A stretch of DNA of 64,000 bases from Plasmodiophora brassicae. Its lineage: Eukaryota. Each line of letters starts with the position of its first letter. The first letter of the stretch is position 1. The stretch lies in the NCBI GenBank assembly GCA_036867785.1, contig CP145422.1, positions 124,001 to 188,000 of the forward strand, written 5' to 3'. Made by a program: the position numbers and the translations under genes. Shown one piece after another: positions 1 through 13,266 of the stretch. The notes below the pieces were generated by a model that saw only the letters and a list, made by a program, of their open reading frames with translations, made no database searches and was not told the origin of the DNA.

Positions 1-750
1 TCCCCGGCAACGCGTGCCGATCAGCACGCGGACGAACTGGCACCGACGGGACAGGTCGCTACGCCCGAGGCTCCTCCAAGGTCAACGGTGACGCCCATCG
101 AGAACGCGGCAGCAGCCGAAACGTGTAAACCGACGGATCCGGAACCGCCCGCCCAGAACGCGTTTGTTGATGTAAGCGCGCGTCATCCACAGACGCGTGG
201 CGAACGTCTGACCCGTTACGTCGGGATAGCCGGAAGACAGCGCAGACCTGCCCGCGATCGATCTGCAAGCGGGTCTCGCTCAGGTCGGCGGCGATCGGGC
301 GTTCCTGATGGTCCTCATCGACGATCTCCTCAGTGAACGCCGTCACCGAGTCGAGGCCATGCAGGTGTGCATAACACGCAATGACCTGAAGGTACTGGAT
401 CGGCATGGCGTTGAATCGTGCGTCCGCATGGTGATACTGTCGCGCGTCCCGCTCAGCACTGGGCGGTCGTTGCCGACGCGTTGAACTCGTCGGCCATGGC
501 TATCGGTCTGGCGTCTCTGGCACGTACTGCTCGAGTCATGCAACGATACGCGGTCGCGTTCGAAGCGGGGTCGACGACAGATCCTGTACGCCAATGGCAC
601 GCTGATCCAACCTGATGACACCGTCTAATGACCTGACGCCATGCACAACAACAGGTGGAGACAAAGGGCAGGTCGCTGTGTTCCAGGCTGGAAGCCGAAT
701 ACGACCTCGTGAACAAGGCGTTAGCCAAGTTGTCGTCGCCACCGCAATGA
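1..750 (+). CDS. 3' part of a spliced gene ending in an HPt (histidine phosphotransfer)-like domain; phospho-His replaced by Asp
   Basis: Introns 172-229, 392-456 and 586-654 (GT..AG) give ...IDLQAGLAQVGGDRAFLMVLIDDLL...NDLKHWAVVADALNSSAMAIGLASLARTARVMQ...RLEAEYDLVNKALAKL, matching the HPt pattern; TGA at 748-750; 5' end outside the window. Confidence 0.65.
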
Positions 751-959
751 ACGGGCACGTTTCACACGGGGACCTCATGGACAGATGAATCATGTCAAAG
801 CCGGTGCAGGGATCACCAGGGGCTCGTCCCCGCCTCCACCACGTTCGGATTGCATATCGTGTCCCGTCCTGCGTCCGGGGGATCCGCTCGATGGCCAGAA
901 GAGAAGATATTTTCAGATGAAATCTAACGCCACCCCTTGATCGGTTACCGTCAGTGGCC

Positions 960-1290
960 ATGTCGACGCCCGCACGGTTCACGGCGCTGGACAACGGCTG
1001 GAATGGCGCGACAGCATGGTTCCAGGCCCACCAGCTGGCTACTATCGCGGTCGGCGTTGCTCTTGTCGTTATCATCGTTGCGGTGGTGGTCGCGCTGGTG
1101 AGATGCCTCAGAAAGAGGCGCAATGAGAGACGCGCGTTCCAGGTCGTGCGGAAAACGGCAGCAGCCCTCCACAGCCATCATAGCAGAGCGGGACCTCGGA
1201 TGGCCTGACAGGTGGCGCTACGCCACACCCCGACGTCGCACAGCGGAGGATCCAGGCCAAGGACGATGGCGACCACACCAGGGAGGGAAT
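960..1290 (+). CDS. Small single-pass membrane protein, hypothetical (3' exon and end uncertain)
   Basis: ATG 960; hydrophobic run IAVGVALVVIIVAVVVALV followed by basic RCLRKRR; probable intron 1143-1211. Confidence 0.45.
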
Positions 1291-1300
1291 TAACAGTATA

Positions 1301-2128
1301 TCATTCGCTACTGCCCAGCGACGACACGAGGACCCCGATGACTAGCGGCACGATGACATACCTGGGAGGGTGCGAGAGCCCGATTCAGTACACAGACGCG
1401 AGTAGCGGGGCGCTGCGACACGATTACCAGTACTTGCGGAAGAAGCTCTGCTGCTCAGGGACAGCTTCGGGTTCTTTGTAGACCGACTCCAGATTGAGGG
1501 GGACGGGACCCTCCTTCGGCGTGCCGACATAGGTCGACGTTTTGAACTTGACGCTCGAGGGCGGCGCCGGACACGTTCCGTTGAGCGGCGCCTGGACCGG
1601 TGTCGAGTACTTGACGTGAAAGATGCTGCCCGACGACGTGCTCTGGAACACGAGCACGTCGCTGAAGCCGGACATTAGCAGGGAGCACTGCCACATGTGG
1701 GCACTGTTAGTAACCGCGAATCGCTGTGCGGGAAACACCCCATTCTACCGCATCGACGGACGCCACGATGCACTGGGACGGGTCGGCGTCGGTACCGTCG
1801 GGCACCAGCCGGATCGTATACAAGTCCCGACCGGCAACCAAACCCCGGAAGTCCTTCGACGACGCAGCGCCCGACCCCGATACGTCAACCGATATCGGGG
1901 CGGATCGCGCTGAGCGCGCCCGCACCGTCTTGACATTGACCCTGCGATTCCACGCCGCCTCAGTATACCCGATGGCCCCATCGCCCCCCGCCGACCCCAC
2001 ACCTACACCGATCGCGCCGTGAACGACGCCGAGTGCGGCAGTCGGTGCTCGAGGCGGAACCCGGCGGCTGCGACGCCGACCGCCACGGCAATCACCAGCG
2101 CCGTCGTGACGATGCGACACGCGCGCAT
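1301..2128 (-). CDS. EMC10: ER membrane protein complex subunit 10
   Basis: Signal peptide MRACRIVTTALVIAVAVGVAAAG; FRLEH, LYTIRL, CSLLMSGFSD, EGPVP; C-terminal QSFFRKYW|YVIVPLVIGVLV transmembrane signature; several short introns. Confidence 0.75.
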
Positions 2129-2533
2129 CGCCAACCCCGCAATGCGCGCCTTGCCGCAGTCGGAAGCGCGGCGAAAATCGCGCCAATGGCTCGCCAGATG
2201 AGGAGCGTGGAGCAGCTCTGCCCCCGACGCAGCACGAGCTGCACGCCGTCCCAGCCGCGCGAAAAGGGGGTCCCTTCCGAGGGACAGGCCGCTGACGTGA
2301 AAACGCCGTGTTGTTCCGCGAAAACGTGTCGCGACTCGCGACTGCCGACGGCAGCCAAAAACGGTCGGCGACGACGCGCGCGACGTGCAGCTGCAAGTGC
2401 CATTCCGCAACTGGGCGCGTTGGCGGCGGGTCGTCGTGTGCCCCGGTGCGGCCGTGCGGAGCGGCGCCGGACGCGGTCCCCGGCATCGCGGGGTGTGGCG
2501 AAAACGGGTCGACGCGCAAAGTGCGACGCAACA

Positions 2534-3943
2534 ATGGGCGACGACGACGACGCCGCCGCAGCGGCAGCGCCAGCGCCGACGCCGGGCGACCGTCACCCGC
2601 CTGTCGGCAGATCCGCCTTCTTCCAACAGGTCTGGGATCTGGGCCTGCGTGCGTTCGAAGCGTGTTGTTAACGTCGTTCGTCCAGGACCCGCATGCGTTC
2701 CTGCTGTCGTGGGCGGCCCGGCCGATCTTCGCCCTGCACGAGCTCGACGCCGGCCACGAGTCGTTCATCGCGCTCCTGTCCGCGTTGATATCGAACGCGC
2801 ACGCCCTGGGCGACCGGCTGCGGTGCGTCCGCGCCGGCGCCACCTCCATCTGCTTCGGCGAATTCGGCCCGATCTACATCGTGGTTGCGTCCGCTCGCGC
2901 GGACCAGGCGATCCTCCTGCCCATGCTCGAGGCGCTGTACGGCCAGTTCCTGCTGCTCCTGTCTGAGTCGGCGCCGTCAATGCTGGAGAAGCACCCCGGA
3001 TACGATCTTCGTCACCTCATGGGAGGTGTCGATTCACTGCTTCGGGCGCAGTCGCAGCTCAGCCTCAACGAGTTCTCTTTCGTCGCCGATGTCGTCCAGG
3101 CGATGCCGTTGGCACCTTCATCCCGGTCTGCCATATCCAGCGCCGTCCTCCGACATCGTCGCCCCGACTCCCACGTCATGTCCATCGTAATCCTTCGCGG
3201 GCACTCTCTGGTTCAGGTGCTCAGTCGGGCGAATGCGTCGTGGGCCGGCGCTAATTCGTACGCAGGTCGCTCATCGCCAGGGGATGCCGCTGGCACTTCG
3301 GGATTGCATGCTGCTGGTGACGTTCGCCAACCATCTGTCGGTGCTGTCCATGTCGGATGTGTTCACGCCGGTCTGCCTACCGGCGTTCAACGCGCGCGCC
3401 TTCGCATACGCCCACCTGTCGACCCTGGCAGACGACGTGTTCCTGATACAGATTACGGCGGATTCCAACGATCTGGCGGCCTTGCAAGGTTTCAAACAGG
3501 ACCTGCAGGCCGACCTGCTGCTGTCCGGGGCGTTGGACCTGATCCGACAGGCGCCCAGGCGCCCGCCGCTGGAGATTCTGGGCGTTACCGACGTCAACGT
3601 CAGGCACTGTATTGCGGTCAGTCGGGCGTGCGGCCAGATGGTGGACTCACAGGTCCAGGCTCCCCTGGCGGAGACGCCAGCGGATCGCGAACTGTGCCTC
3701 GGCATGCACCGGCGTGCTCTGTCCATGATGGGGACCATCCAGCCTCCAGCTCGACTTGTCGTTGAAATGCGATGCAGCCACACGTCGCTGGCTCTCCGAC
3801 TTGCTGGCGACGTGGACGTGTTCCTCATCGTCTCTCCGTTGCTCTCCCGGTCGGACGCGATCCAGTGCGGTCGACGCGCCGGCACCGCCATCCAGCAACG
3901 ACGAAAGACGCTCTTCGCCATGACGTTCGCGTCGTGGTCGTAA
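2534..3943 (+). CDS. MON1: Vacuolar fusion protein MON1/SAND (Rab7 GEF subunit)
   Basis: FLLSWAARPIF, LYGQFLLLLS, KHPGYDLRHLMGG, FTPVCLPAFNARAFAYAH; introns near 2630-2686 and 3217-3266. Confidence 0.85.
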
Positions 3944-4104
3944 CTTATTCCAGTACTATCTACAGTAATACTGACGGTGCGTCTGAACGCACCTGGAAAC
4001 GCCAACGCTGCTGGCCGGGCAGCGCGCTCATGGTCTGGAGCACCCGACTGCAAGGACCCCTATCATAGTTGAGCAGGGCGGTATATTTGTGAAGCAACGA
4101 GGCT

Positions 4105-5378
<1,274 letters not shown>

Positions 5379-5656
5379 TGCGATGCGCACGGCGCACCGC
5401 GTACACCAACTGCCGGATTCGGGCGTCCCGCTGCACGCGTCCTGCCAACCCGATGCTACGAATGTGCATCCTGGTCGTCCTGTACGACGCAACATCGGCG
5501 GCTGTTGGCAGCTTCGGCGTTCGCAGTCGGTCAGCGTTGCGAGCTGCACGCAATCGGTGGCTGACGACAGCGTCGGTGTTCGCAGCTGGGCAGCATCGTC
5601 ACTACGCGCAGTCTTGCGAGCTGCACACACGCGCAGGTCGAATGCAATATGTTCCA

Positions 5657-7759
5657 TTAGGTACAGGCGACCGAGCTGCGCATGGCCGATTGGCATTGCG
5701 CGGACAGCTCGGCGAACACGTCGGCAGCAGCGTCGTCGAGTTCCTTCTGGGCGCGAGCCGAGACGCGATTGACCAGGAGACGGGTCGACCGTGACGCGGC
5801 GTCCCTGTTGACGAGGTCGCGGAGCGCCGCGAGGAACGCGTCCCGGTCGCTGCGGTTGCGCGCCCAGTCGCCTCCGGACTCCAGGGCCAAACAGCGTTTC
5901 CGCAGGGACTCCAACGCCTTCGCGTCGTCGCCCGTACGGTCGTAGAAGCGCAACGCCACGTGGAACAGCGGGGCACAGCTGGGCAGCGCGCACGACAACG
6001 ACCCCAGCAGGTCGACGGTCTTCCCGCGTAGGAATTCCGACGGGTCCTCGGTGACGGCGTCGCAGAACACGCCCAGCAGGCCCATATCGATCATCGGGGC
6101 CTGCTGCAGCTCGGCCAGCTTCGCGAACGCCTTCACGGCGCTCTGCAGGTCGCGAACGCCCATGGACGCCGTCAGGAAGTTGTCCCAGACCTGCCAGTCG
6201 TCCGGTTTCAGGCGGATGCACTCCTTCAGCGCGTGGAACGCTTGCGGCAGGGCGCGGGTCTCCAGGTACGCGGCGGCCAGGTTGTTCTGCGCGTCGCCGT
6301 TCTCCGGCGTCAGCTTCACACATCGGGCGAACGCCGTCACGGCCGTCGGGAAGTCCTTGACCTGCATGGCGGCGTACCCCATCGCGTACCACGCCTTCGG
6401 GAACATCGGGTTGATCGCCAGCGCCTCCCGGAAATGGTCGATACACGCGCGCCAGCGGCACGCGCCGAAATCGATCTCGCCCAGGGCGCGTTTGGCGCGC
6501 GCGTACCGGCGCTCGCTGAGATCCCATGCGCGGTGGTACCATTGCGCATCCATGGTCACATCGCCAAGAATGCATTGCAGGCGCGGCGTGGGGCCGTACG
6601 CCTCCATGCGGGCCTCCAGCATGGCCTGCGCCTCGGCCCGGCGACCTAACCGGACGTGCAGGCGCATCATCGGCTCCCAGACGTCCAGGTCGGTGTAGAT
6701 CGACAGCGCAGCGGCGTGCAGGGCCATGCGCTCCAGGTGCTCAGCGTGCATCAGTCGCAACGAGTAGAGCGGGATCGGCTGCGCCAGGAAGAAGCCGCCA
6801 TGAACCAGGTCCTTCGCGGCAGTGCTCGCCGCCGAGGCCACAAGCGCCTCGAATTGCGATAGGGCGCGAGCGCACGTGTGCGGGTTACGACAGTCGAGGA
6901 TGGACCGTCGCGCCAGGCCTCGAAGGCGGATGCTCCAGGAGCAACAGGGAACGACGTGGTCGATGTACGCCAGCTGCTCGATGCGCTTGATGTCGTCCAG
7001 GACGTTCTCGGCGTCAACGAGGTCGGCAAGAACGAGAAGGACGGCCCGATGGATCGGGAGCATGCGAGTGGGGAACAGGGCGTCGCCTGCGGATGACAGC
7101 GCAACGCGCTCCAGCAGCAGGTCGTCGTCGAGTGGCACATCAGGCATCAATTCCGACACCCGTTCGTTATCGTCGTCGTCCACAGGGCGGACGTCGTCAT
7201 TCAGCGTGACCTGAAGGACAAGCTGGGCACGATCTTCCTTCTGGAATTTGGTGCGTTTGCCCATGGACCCGGTGAGCGACACCGCCATGCCAAGCGTTGC
7301 CTGCGCGCGCTCGATCCACCTGCGGGCTGCAGGGTGCATTCCGAACCCCATAAACCCGACCGCGATTTCCGCCTGAAGGTTGGCATCGGAGTCGCCGATG
7401 TTCGCGACGGGGATAAGGTCCTCGAAGCGTTTCGCCAGGGTCGGCGAAGGTCCCGTAAGCAACGACTGATGCACGACCAGAGCGTTCATGAGCTTCCGGG
7501 CCGCAACATGGTCGTCAGTGGCGAGTGCATCCAGCGACGTCTGGCAGAACAGCAGCAGCGCCGGGTTGACAACGTGCCCCACGGCTTCCTCGCCGTCAAC
7601 GTCCAGCGATCCGGCAGCTAGATCGACCTCGTCGGGTGCGCCGCCGGTGAAATTCGCCGCCAGGAACAGGTCCAGCGCATGCGAGGCGGCATCGCAGAGC
7701 GTGCCAGCCTGAGGAGCGCACAGTTCCCAGATACGCTGGCGATGGTCCGCGGACAGCAT
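5657..7759 (-). CDS. TTC27: TPR protein, TTC27/Emw1-like (start may lie slightly upstream)
   Basis: 700-aa ORF; LTGSMGKRTKFQ motif; tandem TPRs (WYAMGYAAM, AQNNLAAAYL, WQVWDNF). Confidence 0.8.
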   Translation of the reverse strand: MLSADHRQRIWELCAPQAGTLCDAASHALDLFLAANFTGGAPDEVDLAAGSLDVDGEEAVGHVVNPALLLFCQTSLDALATDDHVAARKLMNALVVHQSLLTGPSPTLAKRFEDLIPVANIGDSDANLQAEIAVGFMGFGMHPAARRWIERAQATLGMAVSLTGSMGKRTKFQKEDRAQLVLQVTLNDDVRPVDDDDNERVSELMPDVPLDDDLLLERVALSSAGDALFPTRMLPIHRAVLLVLADLVDAENVLDDIKRIEQLAYIDHVVPCCSWSIRLRGLARRSILDCRNPHTCARALSQFEALVASAASTAAKDLVHGGFFLAQPIPLYSLRLMHAEHLERMALHAAALSIYTDLDVWEPMMRLHVRLGRRAEAQAMLEARMEAYGPTPRLQCILGDVTMDAQWYHRAWDLSERRYARAKRALGEIDFGACRWRACIDHFREALAINPMFPKAWYAMGYAAMQVKDFPTAVTAFARCVKLTPENGDAQNNLAAAYLETRALPQAFHALKECIRLKPDDWQVWDNFLTASMGVRDLQSAVKAFAKLAELQQAPMIDMGLLGVFCDAVTEDPSEFLRGKTVDLLGSLSCALPSCAPLFHVALRFYDRTGDDAKALESLRKRCLALESGGDWARNRSDRDAFLAALRDLVNRDAASRSTRLLVNRVSARAQKELDDAAADVFAELSAQCQSAMRSSVACT

Positions 7760-8218
7760 TCGATGTCGTCGCGGACACCGTGACGGACTCCGCGATGAAG
7801 CGACGAGTCACGAGAAGAGCCAGCAACGACGTACTGCTGAGCAAGACCCGTGCAGGCGCGGACGGAACACAGCAAACAGACCGCCCCAGGCGGACGCTAA
7901 CACCGGCTACAATGTAGTTCGGACGCAGGTGGGGCCTGCATATCGGACCGCGCCGTCCTCGGCCAAAGAGCCGGGTGGTGACCTCCTCGTTGGGGTGACC
8001 GCATTCGTCGCCACGAGATACTATGCCTTAAGTGAAACGATACAGGAAGCATGGCCTCGCTCTCGAGCAGGCACGATGACTACCTACGGAGGCGGATACG
8101 ACGTTTCGCTCGAAAGCGACCGAACATGACGACAGATGCCGGTTCAAGTGTCAGCACCAGAGTACCCTGTTGCAACAATGAACATGTATGAGACAACCAG
8201 TTGATGCTCTGCGATCAG

Positions 8219-8524
8219 CTAGGCCGAACAGCAGCCACAGAGGCCACAGCAGGTGACGCACTCGACGACCGCCTTCACGCCACTGCAGCAGATCGTCACA
8301 ACGCAGCAAACTGGGATTGCAATGATAAAGACGATAACGACCAGCAACACAGAATTATTGTCGATCGACAACGAGAATCCGCCAGAACCATCGCTGACAT
8401 CCGCCTTCACATTCGAAATGCGGTCAGGGATTTCTGAGACCGTCTGGTTGTTCGCCTGCGCGAAAACGGCAACGAGGCACGATGAAAACGACAGCCACAA
8501 AACGACCTGGCCTCGAAGCGGCAT
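8219..8524 (-). CDS. Small type I membrane protein with Cys-rich tail
   Basis: Signal-like N-terminus, TM segment VLLVVIVFIIAIPV, tail CCVVTICC..CVTCCGLCGCC. Confidence 0.55.
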   Translation of the reverse strand: MPLRGQVVLWLSFSSCLVAVFAQANNQTVSEIPDRISNVKADVSDGSGGFSLSIDNNSVLLVVIVFIIAIPVCCVVTICCSGVKAVVECVTCCGLCGCCSA

Positions 8525-8636
8525 TGTCAGACGCCAGGATAACTTATCGAAGTGACTCCAGCGACACGAACGGCGTGACGCAACTTGCGATCCCGAGGAT
8601 AGGAGTCGCACGTTACATATCAGAACAGGTCCATTA

Positions 8637-9668
8637 TTAATGACCGGCAGTAATCCACCACCGACATCGCATCACACGGCAGGACAACGTTGAAGAAGAA
8701 ATCGCCCGCACCGAAATAGTGAACCTGCGTACAATAAACGCGAATGAGGCTGCCATTGTGCGAACGTTAACGATATGTTCGTACAGAGTACCGCCTCGTA
8801 GCATCGCAACGACGCACCGTCCAGATCTGGGTGGCGATGTGCGATGAGCCGGGATCACTGATCCTATAGAATGCGCGTAACCACGCGGGCCCCGGCACGT
8901 TCTCCACCTGCGTCACGCTGGACGTCGGGCACGACCTCCTCCGGCACGCCGCCTCGATGCCCGCGATCCGCCGCTCCGCCTGCCCGATCAGCGTCCGCTT
9001 GATCGACGCGATCGCCTGGCGACGCCGCGCCGGGAACATCTGCGCCCGCTCGTACGACGCCAGCCGGTCCGGCAGCATGTCCATCTCGAAATCCGCCTCG
9101 GCATGCCGACCCAACCCCATCCCCCCAACACCAACCAAATAGACCAAATGGCGACGTCGACCGCGCGCCGCCGTTCCGGCGACAGCTCTCAGCTCGGCGG
9201 CTCCATACGTCGTTTTTTGCCACCGCTGCTGCCGTCGCCGGCGCCCGCAACAGCCGCTGTATTAACGCACATCAAGTCAGCGTACGTGGGATGCAGCTCG
9301 GCGTGGTCGACAGTTGCAGCTGCAGGACGACGCGCCGTGACGTTCCCGTTACGACTGATCGGGAAGATTAATCTGCGGCTACAAGCTGACGAATGGGACT
9401 GCACGGATTGGCGGAAATAGCGCGTCCAGAGCGATAGCGGCCGATTGAGCGAGACAAGGTGATGTCGTCGTCGTCGAGGCGGTGTTATTTGTGGTGGTGG
9501 TGGCTCGTCGTTGTCGTGTGTGTTGGGCTGATTGCAGAAAGTGATGCTGGCGCCGGTGACGGGTACCACCGACATTTCCATCGGTTCCGGCATACCCGTC
9601 GTGCGGCGGTCCCGCCGCAAGACCAAGGTCGATAGCGGCGTACGGACTCGGTCGTCTGCGTTCGACAT
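8637..9668 (-). CDS. Hypothetical spliced protein (ORFs 9189-9668 and 8767-9147 possibly joined)
   Basis: ATG 9668 after an AT-rich patch; consecutive minus-strand ORFs; no recognised domain. Confidence 0.3.
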
Positions 9669-9788
9669 TATTCTATAAAGCGGTCCTGGAAAGGCGATTG
9701 GTCATCCCATGGCGGCAGCTGGTGGAACTCGTGCACAATAATCTCCGCGCATTCCCGATATTACTGTTCGCGGCTCGACGTCCACCGG

Positions 9789-10386
9789 ATGTCGCATCAG
9801 CAATCGTCATCCAAGGAACGGCGCTATGAGTGTATGGCAATGGAGTCGATCTGCAGTGCGCCGTTGCTGGGTGATACTGACCCGCGGTGTCGAAAGATCT
9901 GCCGCATACAGCCGATATTCGATTCCATTCCTGGGGTGCGACTACGGAGGAGGCGTTCGGCAACATGGCCGCCTGCATGTTCTCGTACATGACCGATATC
10001 GATAGCATCGATATCGACGCGCGGTACACGTATGAATTTGAGGTGCGCCCGCCCGTGTGAACATGGCATCCCTGATCAACGCTGACTGGGGTGTGATGAA
10101 ATAGGTCGTCGGGGACGACGAATCCGAGGCCTTGTACAAGTTCCTGGACGAGCTGCTGTACCGGTTCTGGACTGGTGACCGAATCGCCTGCCGAGAGGTT
10201 CAAGTCACCGTCGTGGGCGAGGACGGCGAAAATCGCAACGTCCGCGTTCGTGCACGCTCGCAAGGTGAACCGTTCGACGTGAAGAAGCATCCCCAGGGCA
10301 CGGAAATCAAAGCCATAACGCTGGAAGATCTCTCTGTCCAGCACGCAGAGAGCCGTGTCGATGCGTTCGTTCTCGTGGACATTTAG
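9789..10386 (+). CDS. ZBTB8OS: Archease (RtcB activator)
   Basis: RYE|YLPHTADIRFHSWG (intron 9832-9896), EEAFGNMAACMFSYMTD, FLDELLY, KHPQGTEIKAIT, C-terminal VLVDI. Confidence 0.92.
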
Positions 10387-10554
10387 AGCCATGGAGGCGC
10401 CAACTGGAAATGAAAAGCGTACCAAGAAACCCTGCAACACATGAGCGTAGCGGTTGTCGTCGTTTAATGATTCCGAAAGCTGACACCAACCGGCATGATA
10501 CATGAACGCGAGTTTATGGTTGTGCCTTCGCCGAAACGCGGAAACTCGGGCGAC

Positions 10555-12234
10555 CTAACCTTTCGTAACGATCATTGGCACTAAGCGAACGACGCGTTTG
10601 GAGATGTTGGCGGCCTCGCACGTATTGACGACCTCGTCGACATCCTTGTACGAGCGCGCGTCTTCCTCTTGGACCAGCTTCGGGTTGCCGACCTTGATAG
10701 TGACGCCCATGCGCTTCAGGGATTCGAGCGTGTCCTTGGATTTGATCACATCACGAGCATGGTGCCGACTCAGAAGCCGGCCGGCACCATGACAGGTGCT
10801 CCCCCACGTTGTCGACATGCCTTCCTTGGTACCCGTCAGAACGTACGACGCCGTCCCCATTGATCCTCCAACAAGAACAGGCTGCCCAATCTCCTTGTAA
10901 TCGTCAGGAATGGATGGGTGCCCAGGTGGGAACGCTCGCGTGGCACCCTTGCGATGAACGAGCAGGTCTCGCTCATACCCGTTGACCATGTGCTTCTCGG
11001 CTTTGGCCGTGTTGTGCGCCACATCGTAGATCAAAGACATGCCCATCTCTGCTGACGACTTCTTCATCACCGTTGCGAACGCCGTCCTGACCGCATGCGT
11101 TATTGCCGACCGGTTCGCGAACGCGAAATTGCTGGCACACGCCAGCGCAGACTGAGACGTGAATTGGGTCTTGGCGAAGACACGTTCAGCGTGCTGCCAA
11201 TACGTACGAGGTACTTCTGACCGATCTGCGATTTGATCGGGGCGCACATCAGCTGCCGGTCGTTGAGCGCGATCGGCTGTTTCGCCGACTTCATCATCAT
11301 CAGGTAATCGGAGCACACCTGGTGCCCGAGCCCCCGAGACCCTGTATGGATCATAATGCAGACCTGCCCTTCACGTTCCAGCCTGACGTCGTTTCTAAGT
11401 TAGTGATAAGAAGCACATGCATCGGCTGTCGCATACCCCATCGCCCTGGCAGCTTCAGCATCGTAGATCTTGTCGATCTTCTGGACTTCGCAGTAGTGGT
11501 TCCCGGCACCTAGGGTGCCAACCTGATCGCGACCGCGTTCTTTGGCGCGTGCGGACACGTCATTCGCATGCCCACCCGGCACACGTCCTTTCTCCTCACA
11601 GTGCAGTCGGTCGTGTTCGGTCGCATGACCTTTCTTCACAGACCAGGCCATGCCAGTTTCGAGAATCTCCTCCAGTTCCTTCTTCGAAAGCGACAGATAG
11701 CTTCGCCCGCCAACGCCACTTGGGATCCCATCCATCAGATGCTGTGCCAGGCGTTCCTGAACTGGGGTAATGTCTTCTGCCATCAGATTCGTGCGGATCA
11801 GTCGCACGCCACAGCAAATGTCTGATATCGTGGTCAACCGCATGGTCTGTAGCCTCCTCGAGATAACGTTTACCGAAGCCAACGCCGCCAGGGGAAACAA
11901 CCGCTTCCGGATCGTTCATGTCCATAGCGGCAACGTTTCCAATGGCGAACCCGTACCCAGCATGGCAATCAGGCAGGCCAATGGATTCTTTAACGATTCC
12001 AGGCAGGGTAGCCACATTGGCGATCTGGCATACAGCGGGTAGGAACCCACCCCCACCGTGGCCGGCAAGCTCGTCCAGCAACGCCGGGCGAAGCTTATCG
12101 TTGGCGTAGAACACGCCAGGGACGCGCATGTTCGGCACGAACCCTTTGGCGATTGTGTTCCGCACCGAACCACCTTGTTCATCGGCTAACGTCAGATACT
12201 GCAGCTGCTGCTCCTGGCAGGAACGGCCCGGCAT
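10555..12234 (-). CDS. RTCB: RNA-splicing ligase RtcB, eukaryote/archaea type
   Basis: [80 protein letters not shown]; multiple introns. Confidence 0.95.
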
Positions 12235-12342
12235 CGTCAGGTGTGACTTCCAGCGGCCCGGACGCACCAATTATATTCCTGGACCGCTGCGTTGCATCCA
12301 CTAACCGTGATCTGCCCGACGGGCGCACTATCGAAAATTGCG

Positions 12343-12348
<6 letters not shown>

Positions 12349-12375
<27 letters not shown>
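12349..12375. repeat. Poly-C homopolymer (27 nt)
   Basis: Direct read; about 115 nt upstream of the RtcB ATG. Confidence 0.9.
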
Positions 12376-12531
12376 GACATGTGCGACTTTTGGGCCCTCG
12401 CCACGCCGTATGTTATGGCACGGCCGCGACGGGGGTCGCGCAGCCGCGCAGTTTGAATAAACGTCCACGGCAACCGACGGCTTCGGCAGTCCAAATACAC
12501 GATAGATTTGATGTCTTAAAATGCCTATTAC

Positions 12532-12982
12532 TCCCTAATTGTCACAGCGCACGTTCCCCTAATTGTCACAGCGCACGTTCCCCTAATTGTCACAGCGCAC
12601 GTTCCCCTAATTGTCACAGCGCACGTTCCCCTAATTGTCACAGCGCACGTCCCCCTAATTGTCACAGCGCACGTTCCCCTAATTGTCACAGCGCACGTTC
12701 CCCTAATTGTCACAGCGCACGTTCCCCTAATTGTCACAGCGCACGTTCCCCTAATTGTCACAGCGCACGTTCCCCTAATTGTCACAGCGCACGTTCCCCT
12801 AATTGTCACAGCGCACGTCCCCCTAATTGTCACAGCGCACGTTCCCCTAATTGTCACAGCGCACGTTCCCCTAATTGTCACAGCGCACGTTCCCCTAATT
12901 GTCACAGCGCACGTTCCCCTAATTGTCACAGCGCACGTTCCCCTAATTGTCACAGCGCACGTTCCCCTAATTGTCACAGCGC
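12532..12982. repeat. 24-bp minisatellite (TTCCCCTAATTGTCACAGCGCACG), about 18.8 copies
   Basis: Near-perfect tandem units, no spacers; T>C variants at 12651 and 12819. Confidence 0.97.
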
Positions 12983-13266
12983 CAGTGTCTGTTGGGCAGT
13001 TACGGACTGCGCCAGTCGGGCAGTTCTGGGGCAGCTGCGGGGCGGCTGATCGGTTATATACCAGTAAAAATTCCCGGCCCAACGGAGTGCGCCTGCTGAG
13101 GGATGCACATCTGATGCCGCACCATGTAAGCGAGGCCACGGGAACGAGACGTGGGTCGATGCTGCTGCCGCCGCGGAAAACAGGAGGTGTTGCATGCCGG
13201 AAAGGTTCCAGCCCGCCATCGTTTAAGACCAAGGGCGAGCGGCGTTCAGGTCGGACAAAAACAACG

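Noticed and set aside
8020-8060. U6 snRNA-like text AACGATACAGGAAGCATGGCC
   Set aside because: The ACAGAGA box and intervening ATTAG are incomplete, and no U6 3' end or T-run follows; probably chance
12532-12982. CRISPR array, or ORFs encoding (PNCHSARS)n / (GTCAVTIR)n
   Set aside because: No unique spacers or cas genes; the ORFs are by-products of a stop-free 24-bp repeat
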